From: Dirinaria sp. TL-2023a
Lineage: Eukaryota
Direction of reading: 5' to 3'
NCBI GenBank assembly: GCA_051941275.1
Contig: JAVEBF010000062.1
Span: 1 to 36,261, forward strand
DNA: 36,261 bases
The notes below the pieces were generated by a model. It ran no database searches. It was given only the letters and a program-made list of their open reading frames with translations, and was not told the DNA's origin. Positions 11,800-23,561 of this stretch are shown here, piece by piece; the stretch's first letter is position 1, and the number at the start of each line of letters is the position of its first letter. The position numbers and the translations under genes are program-made.

Positions 11800-13170
11800 T
11801 TATTTCTCTGATTTGGTTGTTTAGGGAGGGTTAATAATAGAAGGGCTAAGGTAGAGGGATGGGTTGAGTACTTTGATTAGGGGGTTTTTTTGTGCGGGGG
11901 GTATTGATGGTGGATGAGCGTTTTGTTGGAGGATTTGTGTGAGGGTATCTTGATGTAGGAGGCTGCGAGTGGATTTTCCTCGTGGGTTTCTATCATGTTG
12001 TAGGAGGGGAGTGTTTTGGTTTATTGGCAAGCATAGGTAAGAAGGTCTTCAATCAGGAGCGTAGTGGGTTTCGATTGTGAAATATGAGCTGCTACTGTTG
12101 CTGATACTTTGGATACACTGCGGCCTGATCGTAGACTTATTGTTCGCTGAAATAAATAATTCAATTGGTCTTGTAGTCTTCTTCAAGCGTATTGTTAGGG
12201 TAGCTTGGATCTGTAAGCTCGAATAGTGACAGCTGATACCAGGTAGCAATCATGTGGTAGTCTGATTTGTCGGTCTTGAATGCAAGATTCTTGATACGCT
12301 CTGGAAGATTCAATGGACAAGTACGGGGCAAGACCTGATTGTGCAGGCACATCTTGATTAGCAGCAGTCGAAGTAGAGAGCGAGCGAATACTTTGCTATG
12401 AAAATCATGAAAGGAGCCTCAGGAGGTACTGCCGATCAGATGGTAAACTTGGATTCTATTGAGGAGGTCAGTATCTCGTCTCTAGGCCATTCAGAAAGGC
12501 AGCCGTCCTCTTATGTGGGCCACTGAATCGTCTTCAACGTCTGCCAAATAAGCCAATTCAGCAGTGGGCTCAATGTGACATCTTTCGGCTTCGGGTCCGT
12601 TGTATAGTAGTACATTGCTTACTGTATTTCCTTCAAGAGCCGACCTCATAGAGAGCTATCACTGAGCATCAGCAGATTGGCCATCTGAAGCGCTAGGGAG
12701 AGGGGTTTTGAGGTTATGGTGGAGGTGACGAACGAGCTTGTGTATATGAAGAGTGCTCGAGCTTGACTTTGGAAGGAGATTTTGCGAAATGGAGGTGCGC
12801 TAGGCTTGAAAGCAGGTACGATATTGATGATTGCAATTGGCTCCTGCTTCTCATGGGGTTGGAGCATATGGGAAGTAAAGTAATGAAATGCCTGATGGTT
12901 CTCTCCGAAGTCCAGATTCAAAGACGGGTTTCGGTGCATCTGTTCATAGGTGGCGTCTTAGTATGATTGAGAAGTAGAGAGATGGGAACGAAGTAAGTAC
13001 GTGCTGTATGAGAAGTCAGAAGGTGGTGCTCCCTCCTCTCGGATGCTGATGTCCTCAGACTTATCATACAGGTTGTCCTTTAGGAAAAGCGTGGACCAGG
13101 CTTTTTTCCCCTTCTTCTGCGCAGTGAGTGAGCCGTTTTCTAATGAGAAAGGAACGCTGGATGTGGACAT
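11800..13170 (-). pseudogene. Decayed intron-containing gene of unknown family
   Basis: Minus-strand ORF fragments 13170-13001, 12939-12646 and 12352-12161. The 12939 frame reads on through TGA/TAA (..SSL*GRLLKEIQ*AMYYYTTDPKPKDVTLSPLLNWLIWQTLKTIQWP). It joins the 12352 frame if a 59-nt intron 12514-12456 (donor ATAAGA, branch CTGAC, acceptor TAG) is removed. A further intron-like segment at 13000-12940 does not restore frame cleanly. Confidence 0.45.
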
Positions 13171-13579
13171 GGTCCCAGTTATTTGAGAACAAATTTCCTG
13201 ACCACCAGATCTATAAGTGAACGGTCCCGTAGAGGCTCCCAAGATTTAGTAGGAAATCACCACTGAGCATAGCATAGCATAAGGCAAAGTGCTTATACCT
13301 GAATTATGAAAAGAAGGGGAGACGATCACCTGAACAGTGACGTTATCATCACCTTGCTGTAGTACGAGTACATGGCACTAACCGCATTCATCGCGGTTGC
13401 TGGATCAGACGCGAATATTTGAACCGCCCACAATCCTCATTTCCTTCTATTTCATTCCTTCCCCCCCAAACTTCTCTGGCTCCACAGCTGCTCACACTCT
13501 GTGATCTCCCAGTTCAATCAAGGTCATCTCGTGTCCTATTATCTCTTCAAGGTACTCGTACACGAAACCAGCAGGGAAC

Positions 13580-15646
<2,067 letters not shown>

Positions 15647-15999
15647 ACTCCAAGTCATCCTCGACATAATCTCGATAGCTGCGGAGATGAAAGCTTTACA
15701 GCTTCTGCATTAATTTTCGTGCAGGGTTACCCCAACTAGTTAGCATGCACATTGTTCGATAGCTTGACAAAACCCAAAACAAAATCTTGTCGAGTATTTG
15801 CATTAGCCACCCACTCGACGTGATGAATCCAATTCCTAAGGCCTGTAGCTGCTGAATCTTGCCTCAGTGAATTGTCATGCCAAGTACTGCGTGATGTCCT
15901 GTCTTCCCGGTCCGCCAAGGCCAGAAAGTCTCCCACCTCATACCTCCTTTATTTACTCAGCAATTGAGAATCCAAGGTACCGTTTTCAACCCCTTAAGG

Positions 16000-16008
16000 T
16001 ATATATAA
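16000..16008 (+). promoter_or_regulatory. Putative TATA box of the structured ncRNA
   Basis: TATATATAA about 30 nt upstream of the first long-range helix strand (16038). Confidence 0.4.
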
Positions 16009-16034
16009 CTTCGTTATCAGTGCGGTGATATTAT

Positions 16035-18550
16035 TTAGTTATGTCGCGTATGTTGTTTCGTTGCCATCTTTCTGCAGCTGTACTCTCCAGGCAGTACGTG
16101 TCTGTGCCCACCCCGATTATACTCCGTGCCCGATGTCTCTTTTTCTTTCTGATTTCATGAACCCCTAACTGAAAACTCATCAATTTCATAGGGATTCGTT
16201 TCGCTGCTGCTGCGTCGTTCTCTTCTGCAGCTAGCCCTTGTTGAGGAAACTAGTGTCTCTTCCAGGCCTTTTACTTCGCCTGGCACTAGTGGGGTATCAC
16301 CCTCTTTTCTTTCTGGTTTCGAGGCCTCCCTGAGTAGAAATCACCCACCGACCGCAACTCCGTTACCGCGCTGGACTATTTCTTGTTATCCGGCTGGTTC
16401 TGGAAAACTGTGGTTTGCCGATCACAGGATGAAGGACCGGGCTAACGAGCTATATTCACCGGATCGAGAACTAGCATCCTAGGCTCGGAGGGGGGGTGGA
16501 AAGTGAAGCCGCGGCGATGTTTTCGACATATCGTGACAGGTCGGTGGAGTAAATATTTCTTATATACTGTAGGTTTTTTTTACTTGCTTTTGATGGGTTC
16601 ATAGGGGAGATGCCGTTGTGAGTTTCGTTGCGTGATTTTTTTTTTTTTTTGGGTTGGCCCTTCTTTTCTTGTATTGCTGTGGCTTAGAGTTGGCTTCCTA
16701 GTTTTCTGGTGACTTAGAATCTGAGGGGATAGGAAATTTTTTCTTTTCATTTTTGATTTTGGAGATCTATTGTTTCTGGTGATAGTCTTATGGGAGAGTT
16801 CATCGCCCTTGTTGGTATTTCGTCTATTTTATTGTTGTAAAGCCTTTTATTTTTAGCGCAAGTCTGCTGGGTCCGTTCTTTAGCTTTGAGAAAATTTCTT
16901 TCATACTGAGAGATGCGGAGAACCTGTTTGTCTCGTTCTTTATCAGGTTGCAAGGATACGTGGGTTGATCTTCATTATAGGCTGATACTGAGCGGAATGC
17001 CTGCTTGGTGTATTGGAAGATGGCAAGTACATTCGATGGGATGCCTCGAAGGTAAGCGGCAATGGTAAAATGAATGGACCTTAAAGACGTAGCGGCCGTT
17101 GTGTCTGCTGCTTTGCGACGAAGGCCCAGACGCTGCATTTTCTCAACGAGGCTGCGGGATGCCTTCAAATCGACAAAACCTAGCTCTTTTCATGCTAATT
17201 TTAGCATGTATGTCTTGGCTGAGCTCAGGTTCGCAGAGCTCAACCTTTAGGCGTTCCGTTTAACGATATCACAAAAGGGCCTGAAGCCACACTGGAGCCA
17301 TGTTGAGCCATCAAAGGCAGAAGCAAGAACCAAATCCCTTTACAAGCCCAGAACTTTGCTTCATATCAAGAGCAGAAGACCGATGATCTGGGTCTTCCAT
17401 CTGTCATGTAGAAGAGACTTACGCCTTCATTCCAAGGATCCTCACTGGACAGTTGCTGGCAAACCCTTTCTGATCAGGAACAAACAAGAAATATCAGACT
17501 AGAGGAACAGCTATGTGCGTGCCTCAAGCAGGTGATAAGCCTCCTCTAGGGAGATTGATGGGCTTGTCAACCTTTTTTATCCTCGACAGCAGCAAGAACT
17601 TGGAGCAGAGGAAAGACTTGCATCCTCGTAAGACATGGATAAGTCAAGGACGCAAATCTTTCGCAACCTCTTGTTTATAGACACTGCTATTTTAAGGGAC
17701 CACATGATCATGCGCTCGGTCTCCAGCCGGGTCTTGACGGCAAAATACGTTTTCAAGACAGACACTTACTACGCCTCTTGCCGTCTTTCTCGTCTATTCT
17801 TCGTATATAATACAAGCCTTTGTACCTTCGGAGAGATTTTGAAGCGCACATGATCTGGTCACCTGTGCCGACAAGCAAGCCAGATATTGGAAGTCGATAA
17901 AAGCTGATAGCAGAGCTTTCTCCTTCTTGCCAATACTATGGGCAGTTGATGAGGTCCGTGGACACCGGAGAAATCGCAAAGCTGTCGACGATATTCATAG
18001 CCCAAGGAATTCTGATGGCATGAGAAGTCATTATACTGATTTGTTGACAGATCGATGATGGTCCCAGGACTAGTCCCAGGACTCTATGAGGACCTTATCC
18101 TTTCAACTGATCTGTCTCCCATGCATTTTGTTCGAAGAATGCTCTAATCATCATCCTGGAGAAAGAGCTCAGAACCGAATACTTAATGGAAAACCTGTTC
18201 TGGAAGGCTGTTAAACTTTTAGCAGTGTGATCTTTGCTGGAATATGCACTCTCACTTTGCTGTTCCTCCACCATTCAGCTTTGAGAAGCCTCTCCTATTC
18301 TATATATAACGCATCTACACATGTCAAAGACTTTTCGTATTCGCAATTCCTCGAAGTTTGTGCAGGGTTGTGAAAAATATTCTCAGCGACCATGGTATCA
18401 GTCTCCCTGAAGATGTTTACAGCTTTTACTCTTACTATCAGAGTGTGTGTACCGACGGATGTGCGGCCCGGCGGACTTAACTTATCTCCATCCTGTTCAA
18501 AGACACACACAGACTCATCCGAGGGATCACATTTTGACAGTGTTACTCGC
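16035..18550 (+). ncRNA. Candidate telomerase RNA (TER/TR); ends approximate
   Basis: No credible ORF in 2.5 kb. Nested helices 16038-46/17171-79, 16065-78/17151-61, 16098-108/17123-33, 16206-16/17086-96. Pseudoknot TAAAGC(16838)/GCTTTG(16883) with U-rich loop TTTTATTTTT and GGTCCGTTCTTTA(16870-82)/TAAAATGAATGGACC(17066-80). Template-like AACCCCTAAC at 16160-69. G-U wobbles favour the + strand. P6.1 and the 3' end were not identified. Confidence 0.65.
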
Positions 18551-18925
18551 TAAAAGGTTACCTCGGCTCTATCTTGATCTTAATTCCAGACTGATTTCAT
18601 ATGGCGCGTAACATCGATATTCATTCATGATGGAGCCTTGAACATATCACCGACTTCGGACAATCCAACCCGGGTTCAGTATCTCTCTTTCCTGATACAC
18701 TTAACCCAGCACAGGCTCAGGCCTATGCAAGATCTTCAAACCACCCCTTAGCTCAATCACTATTAAGATCTTTTTCTCCTTGCCCAAGTCTAAAGTCCAA
18801 GTCCATATTCCAGGCTTGCAGCCGTCCAAGGAAACCCGCTGCCTCGGATCGCAATCTCCTCCGTTTTTTTCATTCAGACCTACAGACGACCTCATTTGAC
18901 AAGCCCATTTACAACGCTTCTCATC

Positions 18926-20728
18926 ATGAACCATCTTGAGGTACCTGAGAGTTCTATTGATCGGGTAAAGCCTGAGGCAAAGGACGATGAAGCACAAAAC
19001 TCCATGTTTCGCCTTAGCAGTACCGACCTCAACCAGAGGCAGCCCTCCGTGGATAACCAAGGCAGTGCAGGTCGTGCTCGAGCAATAAACTCTTCATCTT
19101 CAACTTCGTCTGAGTCATCTGAGGAGAGCAGAGCGGAAGAGGTCCAAGCTCAACGCCAGGCAGACCGGCCCAGCATCTCAACATTCGACCAAGTCGAAAC
19201 CCCTTCAGCTTACGGTAATGATCCAATTCTTGCGGAGCAGAGGAACCACGCGTCCACAACCCACCTCGACAGCCTTCTAGCAGAGGCGAAAGAGTTCTAT
19301 AAGTCAGAATGGCCTCCCTTCGTTGTTCGAAATTACCACCTTCATCCGCCTGGCTGCAGAAGAACTTATCTACTGGCTACAGAAGACGGTCAATTTCCCC
19401 TATCCAATGCTAGGGAAACCGAGATAGTCTACAGCTCTTGGGCCGATAACTCTGTCTATGCCACTATGAATCTGAATGGCAACACAGAGATTGTGCATGT
19501 TCAGGCCGGCAGTCATCATGGATCACGAGTGAGACTTTGGCTTGGCACTGAAAAAGGCTTTTTGAAAACTTATGTAGCTTATAATAAGCCAAGATCCTCC
19601 AATCCGGGTGCAGTAAAGAGGATCGCTGCGTCAGCTAACTCGGAGGCGTTGTCGGATGAGCCTCCACCGAGGAAAATACTGCGTGCCTCTAAGCCAATCA
19701 GGGTCAGTGACATTTGCGTCCAACTAAACCGGACCGCCGACTCCGATGCTGTGCATGAGCGTACGCTGAGACCGAAAGTTGCAAGTAGAGCTACAATCAT
19801 CGACATCGAGTCGGACAGCGATGGTGACCACGAGACGGCGCTTTTGCCACGGCAGGAGAATGGATCAGTGAATAAATCTCCTGCTCTTCCAACCCCAGGT
19901 GCCTCTATACCAAGGACTCTCCTAAGCTACGACGATGATGCTGAGGATCAAATGGATGCGAATGACGGAGATTCGTACATGGATAAGGACGAAATCGACG
20001 CTTTGCTTTTGCAATTAAGAGACGAGGGCAAAACGTTTAAAGCCATTCGTGATCACATAGACGCAAAGACTGGCAAGAACACAACTGTGGGTTGCTGGTT
20101 TTCTCGCCATAAGCGAATTGAGGCAGAACAGGCGAAAAGCCGCGCAGAAGGAGCGGCACGCTCAAGGCTGCCCAAAATCAATAATAGACGCCAATCCAAG
20201 CCACTTTCAGTTCATCGAGAAAGTCTAGGAGACGATACCGAAGGATCTGCTTCCAAGAGCACTTCGGTGAAACATGACCTTCATCCATCCCCAAGGCTTT
20301 CCCAAAAGCCTTCAAGAGCGGGTGCAGCTGAGCAGATCTACAATAAACCTGTATTTTCTACTGCAGCACCACAAGCAGCTCTGGAAACATTTGGTGAAGG
20401 GCCATTACTCACTCCTCAGAAACTCAACCACACCACACTTCGCATCCTCCATTCGGGCTCTTACACCCCACTCAAGCTCCGCTCTTGTATCACTATACGA
20501 GCCCTCTTTGACACTGTCAAGGACCTTTGCAGCCTCAAGTTCGCACAAAAGCGGATGGAAGCTCTCAAGGTGACTTTTACCTGGATGCCTGGAGGTGACA
20601 GTAGTCGGACAATGTTGTTGAAAGAGCAGTATGAGGACAGTTTCGAATTCTTCCTTGAGACCGTAGACGAAGCACCCTGTTGGCAGAGCGGGACAGGCAA
20701 ATGCAATGTCGATATCGAGATGGTCTAG
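18926..20728 (+). CDS. Hypothetical nuclear protein (~600 aa): unrecognised N-terminal domain, Myb/SANT-like helical segment, compact C-terminal domain
   Basis: Long open frame, first ATG at 18926. DEIDALLLQLRDEGKTFKAIRDHIDAKTGKNTTVGCWFSRHKRI resembles a Myb-like three-helix HTH. C-terminus TTLRIL..YTPLKLRSC..DSFEFFLETVDEAPCW..KCNVDIEMV looks globular. Confidence 0.8.
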   Translation: MNHLEVPESSIDRVKPEAKDDEAQNSMFRLSSTDLNQRQPSVDNQGSAGRARAINSSSSTSSESSEESRAEEVQAQRQADRPSISTFDQVETPSAYGNDPILAEQRNHASTTHLDSLLAEAKEFYKSEWPPFVVRNYHLHPPGCRRTYLLATEDGQFPLSNARETEIVYSSWADNSVYATMNLNGNTEIVHVQAGSHHGSRVRLWLGTEKGFLKTYVAYNKPRSSNPGAVKRIAASANSEALSDEPPPRKILRASKPIRVSDICVQLNRTADSDAVHERTLRPKVASRATIIDIESDSDGDHETALLPRQENGSVNKSPALPTPGASIPRTLLSYDDDAEDQMDANDGDSYMDKDEIDALLLQLRDEGKTFKAIRDHIDAKTGKNTTVGCWFSRHKRIEAEQAKSRAEGAARSRLPKINNRRQSKPLSVHRESLGDDTEGSASKSTSVKHDLHPSPRLSQKPSRAGAAEQIYNKPVFSTAAPQAALETFGEGPLLTPQKLNHTTLRILHSGSYTPLKLRSCITIRALFDTVKDLCSLKFAQKRMEALKVTFTWMPGGDSSRTMLLKEQYEDSFEFFLETVDEAPCWQSGTGKCNVDIEMV

Positions 20729-21512
20729 ATGTAGTTCTTGATGAAGTTCTGTAAGATAATGTGAGAGGTTTCTCTTCGACTGTGAGCAGCTTCCGGGATG
20801 GCTCATGTCCGCATTGACTGTCGAAAACCTGCAAGAAGCGAAGCGTAATTCTACGAGGCAAGACTCAATGCCTATTCGTTGAAGAAGCATGCCCGGACGT
20901 CAATGGCGAGTGTTGCTGTGATAAATCCATACTGCGGTATCTCGCTGCCTCGCTGACGAACATGTTCTCCAAAACGAACGTGCACACAGGCCAACAGAGG
21001 CTACAAAGCAATCATAAAGAATGAGAGAACCACCTACGACGTGACGACTATACTCTAAATCCGTAGACACCAAGCAATGGAGTAGACGTTCCTTCGAACG
21101 ACGTAGATATATAATCAGTAAAACCCCCCCGAAGGCCCGAATTGAAGAGTACCAATGTCGTCAAATAGATCGACTATTGACACTCGCTGAGGGTCCACTT
21201 CTTAGCTCCGTTTCTCCCCCATAAGAAGGCAGCCCAGGGACGACATATTTTGCTTGTCAACAGTCTTCCTCTCCAACACACGACCAGCTGGACTTCTGCA
21301 TTCGCTTTTCCGAATCAACCCTGCTCTGCAGTGCTTGGAATCGGCTTGATTAGTGCTATTAGCAAAGTCCGAACGATCTCCATCAGTGGCACGTCCGAAT
21401 ACAGTGGGCAGGACAAGAAGAGTCACTGTTGCTTTTGCTCCGCGCGCTCCAGCACTTCATTCGTCCCCTTGGTCCATTCGAACAAAGGTTTCTACCTTTA
21501 CCGCCCCAACCG

Positions 21513-21815
21513 CAACTCGCTCCTGCAGGCACGGAAAGAAGGTCTCTCGATACCGTTCCGTTTTTGACGAGCTGTTGCAGGCTTGAAACTGGGGACCTTG
21601 GTACGATCACACACCAGAGCCACAGGGACCGGTCTTGTTCGCTCCACTTGCTCCCGCACCGTGCTCGTCACGTTGCTTCTTTCAAGCAAAATTTCTAGCT
21701 GCAGCACTTCTCAGCAACTGGCTCCTGCGCGCACGAAGCCAAAGATCCTCTCTACCGTCTCGATCTTGCCGAGCTGCTGCAGACTTGAGAAGAGGGACGC
21801 TCGTACGATCAAACG
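21513..21815 (+). pseudogene. Diverged ~100-bp direct repeat (period 202 bp), possibly a frameshifted leucine-rich-repeat gene relic
   Basis: Copies translate to QLAPAGTERRSLDTVPFLTSCCRLETGDLGTI and QLAPARTKPKILSTVSILPSCCRLEKRDARTI, with several synonymous third-position differences (ctc/ctg, gca/gcg, tgt/tgc, agg/aga, gaa/gag). The period is not a multiple of 3. Confidence 0.4.
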
Positions 21816-22148
21816 TAAGCCCTTGCCGAAGCACTTGAGCCCACGATAGCTGACTGTGTTAGCAATATCAAAGCTACCTTGACCATATATTGCAGAGTGA
21901 GTCTTATCCCCTCCAATATGTTACACAACTCTCCAGGTTGTGGCCCAACGGCTTTACCTTCGGCCAATCATGGCACGGTCTGTGCGGACCTGCTTTGTCT
22001 TTGAGGCCAAGATTGCCTTTCCCCTTAATTTGAGGGGACGAATCTTGCCGACTCATTTTCTCAATGAAGACTATATTAAACATGCTGATCAGACCTTAGG
22101 TCAGCCATAGAACCAGCGTCGCAAAAAGCAGAGAAGCTACTAGCAGAG

Positions 22149-23561
22149 ATGCCACCAAAGACGCAAGGCTTAGAAGAGGCCAGGGCAACTTATGGCCGAA
22201 GTACGAATCTTCCACCCTTCGTGGAGAGGATATCCGATCCCGACTTGCAATCAGGAATTCGACGTACAGTATGGCTTCCGTCAGGTAGTGGCCAATGGCC
22301 GACACCCACGAGCGCGACTTCTCATATTGTCTGTCAGCGGTGGCAAGGATCTGAATACATGTACTGGACATTGACCTACCAAAGTGAAAAGTACATTGTT
22401 AAAAGTGCAAAGACGCCTGACCATCAAGGGTGGGTCCCATGGCACAAGTGGGACAGTTCGCAGAAACGCCTGTCTGACACTCGCGTTTGTTTTACCAAAG
22501 AGGATGAGCCTCAGGCTCAGTCAATCGAAAGCCTCTTCTTGAATACAGGACGTTCGAGCCGTCGTGCGAATCAAGGCACACAAACAGGCCAGAGGCTAAA
22601 GCACGCTGATTCGTACCAGGATCTGAGACGGTTTGCAGCGATTTTGGAGGGCGCGGAAAAAGTTATGAAAGCCTCTCCAAAATTGGTTGATAAACGTCCT
22701 AGCAGTCCTCCAAGAGATGTTAACGAGAACCGATTGCTTGTAAGCACTCCGAAACCTTCAGATCAGACACATACAAAGCCGCGGTCCCACAGAAAGCCGG
22801 CCGCTAAAAGTCGTCCGACCGTTCCACAGAGCCATCTCCATCACGATCCAAATTCGCTCTTTATTAGTAGCCGTAGTCCTTCATCTGAAGAACCCTATAT
22901 TCGGAGATCCAGGAGAAGGGTCAATAAACGTGCTTCGAGAAAGAAACCCAGGGATGATACAGCCTTCCCTATTGTCCACACAGTGGATTCATCTTCGGAA
23001 GCCAGCTTCATCGACACAGCTTCCCAAGGTGCAGTTCCCATTGATACTTCCCAGCGTACAGCACATGTGCAGACAACAGGCAGTGAGGAGCAAAGCTTAA
23101 TCACCGAAGCTCCCTCTGTTAGCGAAAGCGGTCCTGAACAAGCAGTTGAGCGAAAGCGAAGCACAACACAAGTGCAGACGACAGGCAATGAGGAGCATAG
23201 CTTGGTTATCAAAGCTCCTTCAGTTAGATCAAAGCGCTCTAAACAAGCAACCAAGCGAAAGCGTAGCACAACTTTACAAGTGGACAGAGACTTAGTCGAA
23301 CCTAGCGCAGAGGAGATGGCATTGCTCGTAAGTTCGGAATCGCATCTCATCTATACCATCTGGCTAACAAGTCGGATCAGCGTGAGGCGGAGTTGATCGA
23401 AGCAGAACTGGATGAGCTGAGAGAAAAGGTAAGCGAGAGAGCGCAATACTCTAGCTCACACTCAATTTCTAACATGCGGTTTGTATGACCAGAGGTTGCG
23501 GCGCCGTCGCCAAGATGTTGCCAGGAAGCTTGAGGAAATACGTGCTCGACGGGCACGATAG
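22149..23561 (+). CDS. Hypothetical protein: N-terminal domain shared with the 18926 gene, basic disordered middle, C-terminal coiled coil (3 exons)
   Basis: Exons 22149-23327, 23381-23428, 23493-23561; introns GTAAGT..GCTAAC..CAG and GTAAGC..TCTAAC..CAG. Spliced end PSAEEMALL|REAELIEAELDELREK|RLRRRRQDVARKLEEIRARRAR*. Confidence 0.8.
23064..23273 (+). repeat. In-frame 105-bp (35-aa) tandem duplication within the CDS
   Basis: VQTTGSEEQSLITEAPSVSESGPEQAVERKRSTT / VQTTGNEEHSLVIKAPSVRSKRSKQATKRKRSTT; GTGCAGAC at 23067 and 23172. Confidence 0.85.

Noticed and set aside
17639..17644. ATAAGT as the non-canonical 5' splice site that forms Pezizomycotina TER 3' ends
   Set aside because: It lies inside a long paired arm, with no adjacent Sm site or clear downstream branch point; a chance 6-mer is likely.
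16747..18510. Short ORFs in the structured region as protein genes
   Set aside because: 60-114 aa, on both strands, with no splice logic or motifs; an RNA structure explains the region better.
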